Below, in pieces: positions 1 through 14,300 of a stretch of 64,000 nucleotides of DNA. Position 1 is the first letter of the stretch. Every line of letters starts with the position of its first letter. The translations under genes and the position numbers were made by a program. Origin of the DNA: Chiloscyllium plagiosum. Its lineage: Eukaryota. Below the pieces are notes generated by a model, which saw nothing but the letters and a program-made list of their open reading frames with translations, was not told the DNA's origin and made no database searches. Where the stretch lies: NCBI RefSeq assembly GCF_004010195.1, contig NC_057728.1:41706844-41770843 (forward strand), given 5' to 3'.

Positions 1-54
1 ATGTCTGGGGATGAGCTGGCCACTAATATCCGCAAACCCATCAACTCCGACAGT

Positions 55-1039
55 TCGACGAGATTCCCCATGGGAGACTGATTAGCAAGCTTAGATCTCA
101 TGGAATATAGGGAGAACTAGCCATTTGGATATAGAACGGGCTCAAAGGTAGAAGACAGAGGGTGGTGGTGGAGGGTTGTTTTTCAGACTGGAGGCCTGTG
201 ACCAGTGGAGTGCCACAAGGATCTGTGCTAGACCCTCTACTTTTTGTCATTTACATAAATGATTTGGATGCGAGCACAAGAGGTAAAGTTAGTCAGTTTG
301 CAGATGACACCAAAATTGGAGGTGTAGTGGACAGTGAAGAGGGTTACCTCAGATTACAACAGGATCTTGACCAGATGGGCCAATGGACTGAGAAGTGGCA
401 GATGGAGTTTAATTCAGGTAAATGTGAGGTGCTGCATTTTGGGAAAGTAAATCTTAGCAGGACTTATACACTTAATGGTAAGGTCAGGGAGTGTTGATGA
501 ACCAAGAGACCTTGGAGTGCAGGTTCATAGCTCCTTGAAAGTGGAGTCTCAGGTAGATAGGATAGTGAAGGCGGCATTTGGTATGCTTTTCTTTGTTGGT
601 CAGAGTATTGAGTACAGGAGTTGGGAGGTCATGTTGAGGCTGTACAGGACATTGGTTAGGCCACTGTTGGAATATTGCGTGCAATTCTGNNNNNNNNNNN
701 NNNNNNNNNNNNNNNNNNNNNNNNNNNNNNNNNNNNNNNNNNNNNNNNNNNNNNNNNNNNNNNNNNNNNNNNNNNNNNNNNNNNNNNNNNNNNNNNNNNN
801 NNNNNNNNNNNNNNNNNNNNNNNNNNNNNNNNNNNNNNNNNNNNNNNNNNNNNNNGTGGTGGAGGCTGGTACAATTGCAACATTTAAGAGGCATTTGGAT
901 AGGTATATGAATAGGAAGGGTTTGGAGGGATATGGGCCAGGTGCTGGCAGGTGGGACTAGATTGTGTTGGGATATCTGGTCGGCATGAACGGGTTGGACC
1001 GATGGGTCTGTTTCCATGCTGTACATCTCTATGACTCTA
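55..1039 (+). mobile_element. CR1/HER1-type LINE, 5'-truncated (RT C-terminal half + 3' UTR), inserted into a Penelope-like element
   Basis: ORFs 162-497/475-960 give VTSGVPQGSVL..LF.IYINDLD..FADDTK..KWQMEFN..KCEVLHFG; ends ctctatgactcta; internal N gap. Confidence 0.92.
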
Positions 1040-2260
1040 AGTCACCTTGACTATACATTCTCACACCCTGCTTCCTGTCAAGACTCTATTCCACTCTCTC
1101 AGTTTCTCCAACTCTATTCCAACAATTCCAATGATGCCAGCTTCTACAAGGGATCCTCCGAAATGTCCAATTTCTTTATCAACTGAGGATTCCCTAGCAT
1201 GTGGTTGACCAGGCTCAGCCGTGCCTGTCCCATCTCCTGCACTTCAGCCCTCTTCCCCCTTGCTTCCCTTCCACAACAGCAATAGGGTCCCCCAGTCCTC
1301 ATTAACCATCCACCGGCATCTACATCCAAAGGGTCATTAGCCGCCATTTTTGCCACCTCCAGCTGATGCCGCCACCAGATACATATTCCCCTCACCTCAC
1401 TTATCAGCCTTCCATTGGGACCATTCCCTCCGAGACACCTTGGACCACTCCTCCTTCATTCCCAACGCCACCCCACACCCCCATATGGCACCTTCCCTTG
1501 CAATCGCAGAAGGTATTACACCTGCCCATTTACTTCCTCCCACCTCAGTATCCAAGGCTGCAGACACCAGTTCCATAGACACAGTGATTTACCTGCACTT
1601 CACTCAATCCAGAATGCAAACTACCACTTGCTGCTCACAATGTGGTCTCCTCTACATTGGGGAAACGAAGTGCAGACTGGTGTCCATTTTGCATAACATA
1701 TTCTATCCATAAAAATAACTCTAAGCTTCCAGTTGCCTGCCACTTTAACACATCACCGTGCTCCCTGGCCAACATCTCTGTCTCTGGTTTGCTGCAGTGC
1801 TCCACTGAAGTTCAGTGCAAGCTGGAAGAATAGCACTTCATTTTCTATTTGGAGACCCTGCAGCCTTCAGAACTCAGTATCAAGTTCAACAATTTTAAAG
1901 CCTGGGCACCTTCTCCCATGTCCTTACCCTAACCCCTATACACCAGGCCTTAACATCACATAGGCTGCTACTATAAAGAACCCATTGTCAGCCACTAATG
2001 GTCCCCATTAGCAGCTATTGACTCTCCCAGATTGACCTTTACCCATTCCTTTGTCTGCCAAATGCTGCTCTCTCTCTGTCTGGGTTTCAAGTCCACCAAT
2101 TGCTTACTTCTCCCCCCATCCCACCTTCCACATGGTAAGCAACCTTTTCCTGGCAATAATAGTTCTGAAGGAGGATCGCTGGACCCAAAACATTAACTCT
2201 GCTCATTCTCCACAGATGCTGCCAAACATGCTGAGTTTCTTCAGCAACTTTTGTTTTTTG
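1040..2260 (+). mobile_element. Degenerate Penelope-like element (Neptune-type): RT C-terminus, Cys-rich linker, GIY-YIG endonuclease, pLTR; continues from bases 1-54 across the CR1 insertion
   Basis: Frame 1-54 SGDELATNIRKPINSDS resumes at 1040 as SHLDYTFSHPASCQDSIPLSQFLQL; later GTFPCNRRRYYTCPF, CSQCGLLYIGETKCRL, LPVACHFN; 3' end at ~2163-2260 matches the pLTR family seen across the window. Confidence 0.82.
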
Positions 2261-3179
2261 CTATACATTCATTCACTCTTATCGTATCAGTTTGGTTTGG
2301 CTTTTTCCTTTGAGGATTACAAATGTATTTTTGATGTTGTTAAAAAGACCTTACTCGATTTGGCTTTCTCTTCAAATTTCTTTTTCTTTAAAAAAAATCA
2401 TATTAATCTATTGGTCAACTATAGCCAGCATCATAGTTTTGTCTAAAATAACTAACAGCCAGTAAACTGCAACTGTTGCCAGACACAGCTAAGTCTCATT
2501 CGGAGATGGTATTAATGTGCAGCAATGAAGATTTGTTTAGATATAAAATAAGTTGAATGTTTACACCAAGCTAAATGGGATTGCTTCAGAACAGATCTGA
2601 ACATCCAAATGTACCAGAAGCAGAATTGTTGTAAATTCAAGCCCTGGTTTCTTTCTCACTACTGTCAAGCTAGGAATAAATTTTAGTTCAATGAGGAGTG
2701 TAGGAAGGCATGTGAGAAACAGCATTAGGCATACCCACAAGTAAGACACCAACTTGACATGAAGAGACAGGACCATACATGCCAAACAGTGGAAACTATG
2801 GCACAGATAGAATGAAATGATCCCACAGCTATCAAGCAAAAGCTCTTAAGTAGTGACTCGCATTAAACAATTAAACAACTAATCAGAGGTGCCGGCTCCA
2901 AAAACAACACAATTCCCAATGATGGAGGGCATTTGCACATCAACAAGGACTTCCACATGGATGGCCTCATCCTAAGCATCACTGATACCAATTGCCAGCC
3001 AATGTAATATTAAAAAACTGAAGACGTTGGATACTGCTGTGGGTCCAAAAGACTAGTCCTGTTTCATTCTTTTGGAATATTACAAATACATTTCTACTGA
3101 ACTTAAGACTTTTTGTGCCACAATTAGCCAAGCTATAAATGCAGCTACAACACTGGCATTCTCCCAACAATGTATAATA

Positions 3180-4400
3180 TTTTTCAGGTCTGTCCTGTAT
3201 TCAAAAAGCAGGATAAATCCAATCAAACCAATACCACCATGTCAGTCAATTTTCAATCACCAGCTAAGTGATGGAAGATTTGGTGATGGTGCTTTATGTA
3301 GCACTTACACAGCAACAAATGCTTGCTGCTACTCATTTTCATTTTCTCACTCAGCTCCAGATTACATTACAGCCTTGGTCCAAACATGTAGAGAGGCCTA
3401 AATTGAGGTGAGTGACTGCCCTTGACAGAGGCAGCATTTCATTGTTTGGGGTATCAAAGATCCCAGCAAAATTGATGACTCTGGGAATCAGGGGAAAAAA
3501 GCCTCCACTGGTTGGAGTCATATCCAACAAAAAGGAAGATGGAAGGTCAATTGTCTCAGGCTCAGGACATTGTTCTACAGGATAGTGTCCAACTAGCTTC
3601 ATGTATTTCATCCTTAAGGCCATAAATGGAGATGTTCAATGAAGACTGAACAATGTTCAACACGACTCTTTAGTCCTCATCAAGAAACAGCTGATGCCCA
3701 CATGTGGCAAGACCTGGATTAGAATTAGGCTTGGCTAATAAATGGCAAGTAACATACGCAAATGTCAGACAATGGCAATTTTCAGCAAGATGGGATCTAA
3801 CCATCTCCCTTTGATATTCAACATTACCATTGCTGAATTCTCCCACTGTCAATGTCTTTGGATACCATTTACCAGAGACTTACTAATCCAGCCATTAGTA
3901 CTATGGCCACAATTACAGGTCAAAGATTAGACGTTCTGTGGCCAGCTCATGATTCTCAAGTACCATCTACTAAGGCTCAAGTCATGGGTCCGATGGAATA
4001 CTCATCATGATCCTGGATAATTGCAGTTCCAACACTCAAGTTCAATATCTCCTACGACAAAGTGGCCTGCTTTATCTTAACAATACCACAAATATTCACG
4101 TTCCTCATCACCAACACAGAGTGAATGGGAAATAATTATGCACAATAAACAAGGTGCATTGCAACAACCCACCAACACCTTGCAAACATGTGACCTCCAC
4201 ACCCTAGAAGGGCAAAGGCAGCAGATGACTAGGAATATCACCACCCTTTCAAACTCTACATTTTGTTCAGTCTGCTGTTCAGTCATTGGTCAAAAGCCTG
4301 GAACTCGCCATTAAAGTGCACTTCGAGTAGACCTATCTCAGGTGGAGGGAATCAGTAATAAATGCAAGCCTTACCAGAAACTTTCACATCCCCATGAGCA
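3180..4400 (+). mobile_element. Old degenerate non-LTR retrotransposon (CR1/L2-superfamily RT remnant)
   Basis: HSAPDYITALVQT followed by a frameshifted V-T-A-L-D-like RT motif; its 3' part resembles 31150-31500 on the opposite strand. Confidence 0.5.
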
Positions 4401-4665
4401 AATGAATAACAAGTGATCAAATCATGTGTCATGAAATTCTGGAATTCTCACGATTGCAAGTAGAAATGTAATACTGAGACAACATTTACAAGGTCAATAA
4501 GAACCAAAACTGGTTAACCACAATGAATTAAAACAAACCAGGAATTCCCCATGTCTGGATATTTAAAAGAATATTGAGATTGTATCACCAGAATCAAAAA
4601 GAACCAAAACTGGTTAACCAACTCTAGTTATGAAAAACTGATGATCTGCGATTTTGGTTCTATGA

Positions 4666-4973
4666 TTAGATTAGATTCTCTACAGTATGGAAACAGGCCC
4701 TTCGGCCCGACTGGTCCACACAGAACCTCCAAAGAGTAGCCCACCCAGACCCATTCCCCTACCCTATATTTACCCCGACTAATGCATCTAACACTATGGG
4801 CAAGTTAGCATGGCCAATTCACTTGACCTGCACATCTTTGGATTCGTGGGAGGAAACCGGAGGAAATCCACGCAGACACAGGAAAAATGTGCAAACTCCA
4901 CACAGACAGTCACCCCAGGCAGGAGTGGAACCCGGATCCCTGGTGTTGTGAGGCAACAGTGCTAACCACTGCC
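4666..4973 (-). mobile_element. tRNA-derived V-SINE (HE1-like)
   Basis: Reverse strand has tRNA-like head (agtggttagcactg...gggttcc), V-domain gtgtggagtttgcac...ggtttcctcccac, and LINE-like tail gggcctgtttccatactgtag + aatcta repeats. Confidence 0.88.
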
Positions 4974-5097
4974 TCAGTGGCTTACTTTAAAGGAAAGTAC
5001 CTTAGGGAAAGTAATTTTCAGTACTTTAAGGAAAATAATTTTATGACATAAATGTAAGGGATCCCTCCACACTGTAGGGATTCTATTGTACTTAACA

Positions 5098-5875
5098 AAA
5101 TGTGAGGTGTTCCATTTTGGTAAGGTAAATCAGAGCAGGACTTATACAGTTAATGGTAGGGCCCTGGGGAGTGTTGCTGAACAAAAGGGACCTAGGGTGC
5201 AGGTGCATAGTTCTTAGAAAGTGAAGTCGCAGGTAGATGTGGAGGGGTTTGGCACACTTGCCTTTGTTGGTCAGCGCATTGTGTATTGGAGTTGGGATGT
5301 TATGTTGCAGGTGTACAGGACATTGGTTAGGCTATTTTTGGAACATTGCATTCAATTCTGGTCTCCCTACTTTAAGATAGATGTAATGAAACTTGAAAGG
5401 GTTCAGAAAAGATTTACAAGGATGTTGATAAGATTGCAGGGTTTGAGCTACAGGGAGAGGCTGAATAGGCTTGAGGCTTTTATCCCTTGGAGCACTGGAG
5501 GCTATGGGGTGACCTTGTGGTTTATAAAATTATGAGGAGCATGGATAGGGCGAATAGCCAAAGTCTTTATCCCCAGATAGGGAAGTCCAAAACTAGAGAC
5601 CATAGGTTTAAGGTGAGAGGGAAAAGATTTTAAAAGGTACCTAAGGGACATTTTCATGCAGAGGGCATTGTGTGTATGGAATGAGCTGCCAGAGGAAGTG
5701 GTTGAGGCTGGTACAATTACATGATTTGAGAGCATCTGGATGGGTACATGAATAGGAAGGGTTTAGAGGGATATGGGTCAAAAGCTGGTAAATGGGACTA
5801 AGTTTAGGATATCTGGTCGGCATGGATGAGTTGGACCAAAAGGTCTGTTTCTGTGCTGCAAACTTTATGACTCTA
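5098..5875 (+). mobile_element. CR1-type LINE 3' fragment
   Basis: ORF 5221-5535 YRTLVRLFLEHCIQFWSPY..LERVQKRFTRM; CR1 3' UTR ending tatgactcta. Confidence 0.9.
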
Positions 5876-6589
5876 TATGTTAGATTCACTGAATAATTCA
5901 TGATTGACGAGACACTGTACAAGAGTCTCAATGCTTAATTGTAAATAAAGACACTAGAATCAGAGAGAAAAACACAAAAAACAATATACTAATTATTCAG
6001 ATAGTGTTGGTGACACAACAATGTCACATTTGTTGCTCATTCCTAGTTACCCTGAGAAGGCTATTTCATAGGTAGCTTGTAGAACTGAAACAACATGGAA
6101 GATAATAGTTTTTTTTTATTACAACTTCACTGGCAATGGGCCAATAGATCTAGTGAAACCCTCTCCCCAAACATAGCTTTATCTGCAAGCTTTAAGTCAT
6201 CCCCTTGACAACATTTAGTTTGTTATTTCACCTCTGAAGTGCTACAGGACACTTTTCCATGTTAATGGCTTCGTAATTAACACATACCATTGTTTCCTTT
6301 ACACAACTGAAATATTATAAAGTATTCCTTGCACCGAATTATTTTTAAAGTATGTCATTTATGAGAACAGGTAAGTAGTATAACCAACATTAACACAACA
6401 AGAAACTGCTTCTGGCCATTTATGGGAAGTCTGAAATTGGGCTTTATGTTTCATTTACTTAATTTGGGTCAACTGCTGCCTCTTGTCATGTCTCCTGAGG
6501 TAGCTCATCTGACCACTGCATCCAATTTCAGGTCATCTGCCTCCACAGCAGTAGTCCTCAGGTAAGTGTTTGATTGTGTAACAAAACAA

Positions 6590-7722
6590 GTTTTTGAAGG
6601 TAGTGTAATAAATCTTGTACACAGACTTTGAAAGTAATTTGATGAAGTGTTGCATCATGGACTTATTTGAAAAACAGAAGCACACAGAATTAAAAGGATG
6701 GTGGTAACCTGGGAATGCAATAGGCTAAGGCTAAGAGATAGCAGGCAGGAACTAACAGTAAAGGACTAGGTGCTGACTATAGACAAGTGTGCAACAAGTC
6801 TTCCACAGTTGGTATCATGAACTTGGCTTTTCTTGGCAGATATCAAGGACCTAGACTCAAGTATTGGGAGGACAGTTTGCAGATGACAAAACATGACAAT
6901 GTAGTAAATTTTGAGGATAGTAACAACCATGAGGTGGTCGTGGATATGGTGAAATGGATAGGAAGAGCAGACATAACGCATTGCAGTTGAGTATAAAATT
7001 ATGTACTTTGAGGGGAATGTGGAGAGGCAGTATAATCAAAATAATGCAAGTTTAAAAGTGATGCAAAAGCAAAAGAACCTGGGGTACAAATGCACACTGC
7101 ACAAATGTGGTAGGCAAGTTGCTAATAAATTTTAAAAAGTGCATAAGCTATTTGTCTTTGTAAATAGGGGCTCTGACTAGTAAAGCAAGGAAATAAACCA
7201 AAATCTTAGTCTGAATTGGCCCCAGCTGAAGTACTCAATTTGGAATACTGCTTTTTCGGAAGGATTTCAAAGGTCCTAGAAAGCACATACATAAGTAATT
7301 GAGCACCAGGAATGTGGGACTTCAGGACTGTGGAAAGATTGGAGAATTGATCCCTTTAGAGCAGACAAGATGAAAGGGGGTCTGATAGAGGTGTTCAAAA
7401 TCATGAGCAGCTTTGCTAGAGAATTACAGGACTAACCATTTCCTCTAGCAAGCTTGATCAGTAATTAGAGGTCACAGGCTTAAGAGTTGGAAAAGAATAG
7501 AAGTTAAATTCAGAAATCTTTCATACACACAGGATTTAAAATTCAATACAAGAAAATGGGCAGCATATTCCATTAGAACTTACATAAACTAACTGGACAT
7601 ATACTTGATGAGGACTTATTTGTAGGGTTATCAGAATAAAGCTGGGATGTGGGACTAAATTGGACTCAAAAGATATTTTGGATTGAACAGCCTCCTTCTG
7701 TGCTTTAAGATGTTATGATTCT
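6590..7722 (+). mobile_element. Old, highly degenerate CR1-type LINE
   Basis: Residual ttgcagatgacaaaa (FADD), gatagaggtgttcaaaatcatgag, and CR1-like 3' end cctccttctgtgct..atgattct. Confidence 0.6.
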
Positions 7723-9111
7723 TAATGGTGGAAGGAGAGGTGCTGTGAAGGCGAACATAATGTGAACAGATCACACATCAAAAGGCAAACTGTAGATTCC
7801 CCTACTCCTCCCGAAACCACAGAATTTTTTTTTAAATTAAAAGAGAGATATCTTTTTAATGGCATTCATAGCTTAGGCATCCAGGAGTCACAGGTGTCAC
7901 AGATCAGCACAATACAACAGGGTCCATAAAATAATTGGAAGAATCCTGATAACTGCAGTAGCAGAGCACCTGAAAATGAGCCAGAGTTGCCTTTCAGGAG
8001 TCTTTAGGTTGAGGACACCGATGAAACTAGTCTTCACTGATGCTTTTTATACATCTAAATGACAAGGCCATGTTTCTGTATTGAGTTATTAATTTACTCA
8101 AGCAATTAGGTCATCAGGAATCTGCAATTTTACTTGTTATAAGTAACTAGCTTCAATACCCCAATATGCGTTTTTGGAGAAAATGCAGTCTTAAGGTGAT
8201 AATGGCGACTTCTGCATCTCAATTTTCTTTTAGCATTCCTGACAACTAGTTATATCCAGCTACAAACTCAATATGAAATAATTTCATGAGCATCAAAAAT
8301 GTAGGAGGCTAATTCTTTTGTTACTTGCAGATCAAGTGGCATTGTGCAGTGTACACTTTAGCTGCAATTTTAAAGCAGTGTGGTAGCTACTTTATGAGAC
8401 ATAGTGGCACCAGGAATCTTTGATTTAAGGAGAAAGTGCAAACAGTTTTCAGATTGGTCCAGCTACGTCTGTCACAGCCCCATGAGAGCAGTGCACCAAG
8501 AGACATCTCAGGAGCCTTCACGCAAGCACTCAGCTCCTTCTCTAAGGAGCAAAGATAAATAAAACCTAATGACTCTAAAGAAAGAGTTTCAAGATCAGAA
8601 AAGACTTAGATCACCCCAAGCCATTACTGAATCATAACTCGACCAGCACTCTGCAGCCAACATTATGTTGTTACTATTACTTACCAAGAGGACTATGAGA
8701 GTTAACTCATCCTATCACTGTGATCTGGACTTTGAGCTACAGAATTTGCTTTTCCTTGTCTATATCTTTCCACCCTTGATAGTTGTGTCATATCGTTTAT
8801 TTTGGTCTGTCTTATCTGTGAATGAATATGTGCTAGAAAGTATAATTTAAGTCTCACAGCAGTAAATTAACATTTTTGCCATTTGTTGAAGAACAAGTTT
8901 GCAATGAATAGAATTATTTTCCTATTAATAACAAAACCTGATACAAATAACTTTGGTCCTGAACTTCAGTACATCAGGGAAATTTATAATCTTGGCAGTT
9001 TAATTAGGTATTTATACATTTGTGCTAGCTTGTGGAATGTGGGGCTTAATTATCAACACACTCTTCCAATTGAATGACGACACCACAGAGAGTAATGTGC
9101 TGTCAGTAATG

Positions 9112-9210
9112 TTTGAAGGAAGGGTCACCAGATCCAAAACATTAACTCTGATTTCTCTTCAGAGATGCTGCCAGACCTGCGGAGCTTTTCCAGCAACTTC
9201 TGTTTTTGTT
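9112..9210 (+). mobile_element. Solo Penelope-like pLTR fragment with decayed hammerhead
   Basis: gaaggaagggtcaccagatccaaaacattaactct...gatgctgccagacctgc..ttttccagcaacttctgtttttgtt. Confidence 0.7.
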
Positions 9211-9729
9211 GTCGAATGTTCTGTTGTCTTTGTCCTAACTAAAAATCTTAAATCCTAAACTATGGCTGTATTTCCTCTTCCATTATCCACACACAGGAAA
9301 GCACAATTTCAGTTTGAGTTTCATTATGAATTTATGTACAATTAAATTGTTATGATGACATTCTTGCAAATATATTTAGCTAAACTGACCTTTGTTCATT
9401 TCTCACTTTGTAATATGAATTTACAGATTTGTACTGAGTTTTTGTTGAAGACCATGTGTGATTTTAGTTTAACACAGCAAAGGAAACAGGGCCCCGGAAT
9501 GTGTGTTTCTGAAAGTTAATTTCAAGCAGTGAAAATTACTACGGTTTCAATCTGAGTCAGAAGCAAACATTTTAGCACTTCTAAATCCAGGTCTGATAAT
9601 GTGTCCTGACCAATTTAGCTCCCAAAGTCCAAAGCAGGAATATCATAATTCAATTTGAAACTGTAATAGCACACTGATTCTTAACTTTTTGCACTACTAA
9701 AAGGCTCACATTCATGCAAACTGGTCTTT

Positions 9730-9990
9730 CAAACATTTCAGAGCACTATGCACAGTGAATCACTTTGCAACGTATTCATTTATTTTTAGCTGAATAAGGC
9801 AGCAAATTTGAAAGCGAATGACCAGTTACTCTTTCCAAAGATATTTCTTGAGGGGGGAATATTAGGTAGATTTGTATTAGGAAATCACTCCGTTTTATTG
9901 CTTTGGACTTTACCCGTTAATTGAGAACGCAAGATCATCAATTTCCTTAGTGATAGTCCATTAGAAGTGCAGCAGAAACTTAGCTTTATG
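9730..9990 (-). mobile_element. Possible ancient Deu-domain SINE remnant (SacSINE1-like)
   Basis: Ordered degenerate blocks (aaacatttcagagcact..., ggcagcaaatttg, aatgaccag, ttgaggg..aatatt) resemble my recollection of the reverse complement of the shark Deu-SINE consensus; not aligned. Confidence 0.35.
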
Positions 9991-10427
9991 CACGCAAATT
10001 AGATAGCGATCACGTTTCTGGGCAAGTTTTGACAGTGAATGGACATTAGGTCTGAGGATGTCTAAATTGGAGGTGCTAAAACCAAAGGCTCCTCAGCAAA
10101 GGATTTGAAACCAGCAAGTTTGGTGGTCAGGGCAGTGTGTGTTATCTGCTGATCCTCTGCCTTTTATTGCTCTTGAACTTCTTCCCAAGTAGGCAGTGAA
10201 GACAGCAGCACCTCCTCTCTCCCAGCTGGTGCCTTGTTGCTAAAATGGAACGAACTCTCAGTCTGATCTAATCTCTAAACCATTTTTCAGTTTAATGTCT
10301 TCACAATTTTTTTTCTGGTACAACTTCAGATGCTGCCTTCATTCCCAATCTTTTTGCTTCCTTTGAGAATGTAAGAATTGCGCCCATGCCATTCTATGTT
10401 CACAAACAACCCATTAAAATTTTCAGG

Positions 10428-10625
10428 AAAATAAAAAAAAAACAGTGAATGCTGTAAATCAGAAACAAAAATAGGAATTGCTGGACAAACTCAGCAGGTC
10501 TGGCAGCATCTGTGGAGAGAAATCAGAGCTAAAGTTTCACGGCAAGTGGCCCTTCCTCAGAATGATTTCTTTCCACAGATGCTGCCAGACCCGCTGAGCT
10601 TTTCCAGCAATTTCAATTTGTGTTG
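10428..10625. mobile_element. Fold-back Penelope-like pLTR insertion
   Basis: Inverted arms aattgctgg..ctcagc.ggtctggcagcatctgtgga / tccacagatgctgccagacc.gctgag..ccagcaatt; 14-bp TSD ttaaaa(t/a)tttcagg at 10414-10427 and 10626-10639. Confidence 0.8.
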
Positions 10626-10682
10626 TTAAAAATTTCAGGTCAAGCTGTGGTCTCCCCATCTTTACACACATCTGAGGACTGG

Positions 10683-10850
10683 AGGTAAAATTTCAACTCT
10701 GACTTGGTCGTGAATTAGCTGTTCATTACATATCTTACCCAAAGTTCCTTTCATTGGCTTCAATTGAAAGAGAAAAATCAGGTATGTGTACAAAAAGCAG
10801 CTAATCTGGCAACACCTGTTTTACATCCTTGTGGAGGTTAAATTTTACCC
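10683..10850. mobile_element. Palindromic MITE-like element
   Basis: Terminal inverted repeats ggtaaaattt / aaattttacc plus internal complementary blocks (attagctg/cagctaat, ctttca/tgaaag). Confidence 0.5.
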
Positions 10851-11271
10851 TGAAGTTTTCAGCTGAGAAGAAACATCAAAGGAGGATTAATACCAGGGAT
10901 TGCACTGTTTTAGAGCCTGCACAACTGTGGGGAAGAATTCCACATATGGATGCTGGTAAAACAAAATTAAGAAATAGTTTGTTACAGGAGCGGTCTTTAA
11001 ACTCAATCTTTTAATTTGAAAGCAACTGTGCTACCACTGAGCAACAACTGACAATGGAAGATTTTCTTTATTTAGTTTACTCAACATTAAAGACCTGGTT
11101 TCAATTCTTTGTGATGTGGTCATTCCTCATCAGGTTTTAGCCACAAAGTAATTAAAACATTAAATTACAGTAAGTTTTCTGTTACATTGCACACAGTCTT
11201 TTTATCATTATTAGCTCTGAAATTAACATGCAAATTGTCATTGGAAACATTTCAATCTGTTGAACTTTCAA

Positions 11272-11350
11272 ATTCGACCCGAATGTTAACTCTGTTTCTC
11301 TCTCCATAGAAGCTGCCAGATCTGCCGACTGTTTCTCGCACTTGTTTTTT
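11272..11350 (+). mobile_element. Solo Penelope-like pLTR fragment
   Basis: cgacccgaatgttaactctgtttctctctccatagaagctgccagatctgc matches the pLTR family. Confidence 0.6.
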
Positions 11351-14300
11351 AAACATTCAATATAATAAAAATTCTGATTCTCTGATGTTGAGCACAAAAT
11401 CCAGTCTAGTTCATCATTCTGAGTAAATCCACAACAAAAATTTCTAACATCAAAAATATTTCACTGAATAGCAAGCACCCAAAAGGACGTTTAATTCATT
11501 ATAGACAAAAATATAAAACAAATTTTCTGATTTATTTTGTCGATCATACTCTCTGGAGTCAAGAAAATATGATGCTATTCTGTAACTATTGGCTTAAAAA
11601 TTTTGAATTGTAAAACTTAAACGGATTCATTAATTTAGGTGTTACATCTCAACTATATCACTATAAAGAGACACACATACACAGGTGCAAATATAGCATC
11701 TTAGCTTGCCATCTGCAGAGTTCACTTAGTGTGCTTGCCAATGGATCATGGATAAATCCATTCACAATGAAAGCAGCCTACAAACACACAATTCTTCATA
11801 TTGAAAAGAAAGATTTTATACGTCAAGGAAAGCACAAGAGCAAAATGTCATCTGGTAAAGCTTAGTTCACTTCACAGCAATGCACTGAATGCACTCTATT
11901 GGTTTAAGTTCTGTAAAAACCATTTTTCAGCAGTTGGGTTGCTGAGTTATGTCACAAATACAAAAATGTCATGTTACAGATCACCACAGTTTTATAGTTA
12001 CACTTGCCTGAATACCTAGAGTAAATAAAACTATCAATGTGAATGGGGAACTGGAAATGTAGGTCAGAGATCAACCTTAAAACAGCAAGACTGTTGCATT
12101 ATCCTCAGCAGCTGCAATCCAAGCTTTTTTTTTAGGTTAGTGCATTATATTTCTGCAACAGAATTGTTCTACATCATATTTGCAAATGCCACAATCATGG
12201 GAATGGATGTTAAGCTGTGAAGCCATAGAACAGTGTTCTTCAACAGAAATTGCTGACTGGCACTAAGAGTGGCCACAGAGACAGCATTCTAGCCACAGAC
12301 ATTAGTTTTAATAGAAAATGGCTTGCATGCATTCTCATGATACAGGTTAATGCACTTAACCATATATTACATTCAGGAAGAAAAGCACTAAAAAAGATAC
12401 TAATGCCTTTTGTTGCATTGTCTCATTTTACCAACACAAACATTGAAATATTAAAAGTAGATACACAAACATTAGGTGAATGAGTATCAAAGTCACAATC
12501 CCATTAAAATGTGTTACTCTTTTTTTATTTAATTAACCAGAAATGCAATTAGTCACACTTAGATACTAATGCGTGACTCATGAGCTGAATGGTTTCTCTC
12601 TATAACAATAGTTGTTCAACAAGTGTTCTGTCAATGTTGTGTCTTTATTTTTGAAAAGTGTATGATTTATCATTGATTTCAGATCTTCAAAATGACCTTT
12701 CCAGTTTAATAAGTTTTAGACTGCTTAGGTTTGTATTAGAATTTAATTCTTCATAATGTACAAGTTAGGGCCACTTCTCACATTGATATAGTTGCTCTTT
12801 TTCAGTAATACAATTACTGTGGCTTCTTTCATACCTCAAGCTCAGGACATGATAACAATGTTATTTAATTTGTTTGATAAGCACCCACCCAGAAGAGATA
12901 TTCATTCCCTTAGAATTAGATGGGTGCTCCATTATTTGCAATGGAGCTTTCAAGACAAAGCTCAAGGGGCTAAAAAGCCGACTCATGATCTTATGTTCCT
13001 AAATTACACAATTGTAAACACACAATTGTATGTCAACATCTAGTTAATGGAAATGGCAAATCAATTAATTAGGAAAAAATGACAAACATGAAAGTCAAGT
13101 ACAAATAAGTGTTATAAAACTGGTAGTGCTTGACATAGCATGTTAGACATTCTTATCTTGTGGATGACCACCTACAAATTAATAGTACACAGGATCTACA
13201 TTCAGTCTCAAAGTAATCATTCACATTTATGTGAAGTATATTCTGTGACTGTTACATACTGCTAAGGTCTTAATGAGGGTGACCAAAAGGACATTTCAAA
13301 CACAAAAATAAGCCACTGTTATGTTATTCCAGCACATTCTTCATTCACAACAATTACAGAATTACTCATTATTTATGTTTCTAAATACCCACTGGAGAAC
13401 AGAAAAACTTCATCACTTGTTCAGGTACTAAACACACAGAACTATAAAAATAATTTTCTTATGGAACATCTATCTTGATTTATTGTTTCTTTTTTTTTCC
13501 CCCTCCAAAACAGAAATTTTTGACTAAGAACAGTTGCACAGGCAATCGGAACCTTCTGCGCTGTTATCAAGTGGCCATTCTTCAAGCATTAACAGTGACA
13601 AGTTAACTGTAAGCACATTACAACTGTACTCATTCAGATTTTGCCTACTGGCGTATAAGTCATTTTGAGTCGATTCAATGAAAATCAGGAGTGGTTATTT
13701 TTGCTATTTCTTCTGCCCTAAATGACATTTACTAGAGTTATCTGCTGAACTCTTACCAATCATGTTAATTTCGAGTTACCGGTCTCATAATGGTCAAGAT
13801 TGAAAACTTGTGATTATGCATGACACTAGAAATTGTGGCTTAATCTTTTTCTTCCCTGATCTTAAAGTTGAGAACCAAATAATTATCATGTGCTGCAAAA
13901 CTGTGGATATCTTGGAAGAGAGAAAGTGATAAATGTTATTAAAAGCTGCTGAATTGCAGTGGAATATTTGCAAAAATAATCAGGAGTTATTTTCAGGTTA
14001 AAATAGCTTTTGTGATTCTGGCAAACAAACATCTTATATTACACACAGGGATTTATACAAAAAAAAACAAGATTGACAGAATGTACACAAGTTACGAGAA
14101 AGGAGTTTTACTTTTCAATTTAAATAGTGTAGAAAAATAATGGGAAGTGCAGTTATTAATGAATGGCAGGAACAGAAGAAAAGATAGGTTCCTTTATCTC
14201 ACAGCTACCAAACACTGAATGAATAAAATCAATTTCATACAAATCAGTTCCAAATTTACTACAATTGACAACATTGCACAATGCTCCTAACAACAGGTAG

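Noticed and set aside
690..855. N runs (also ~35444, 36566, 47301, 63149) as biological features
   Set aside because: Assembly gaps falling inside young multicopy repeats.
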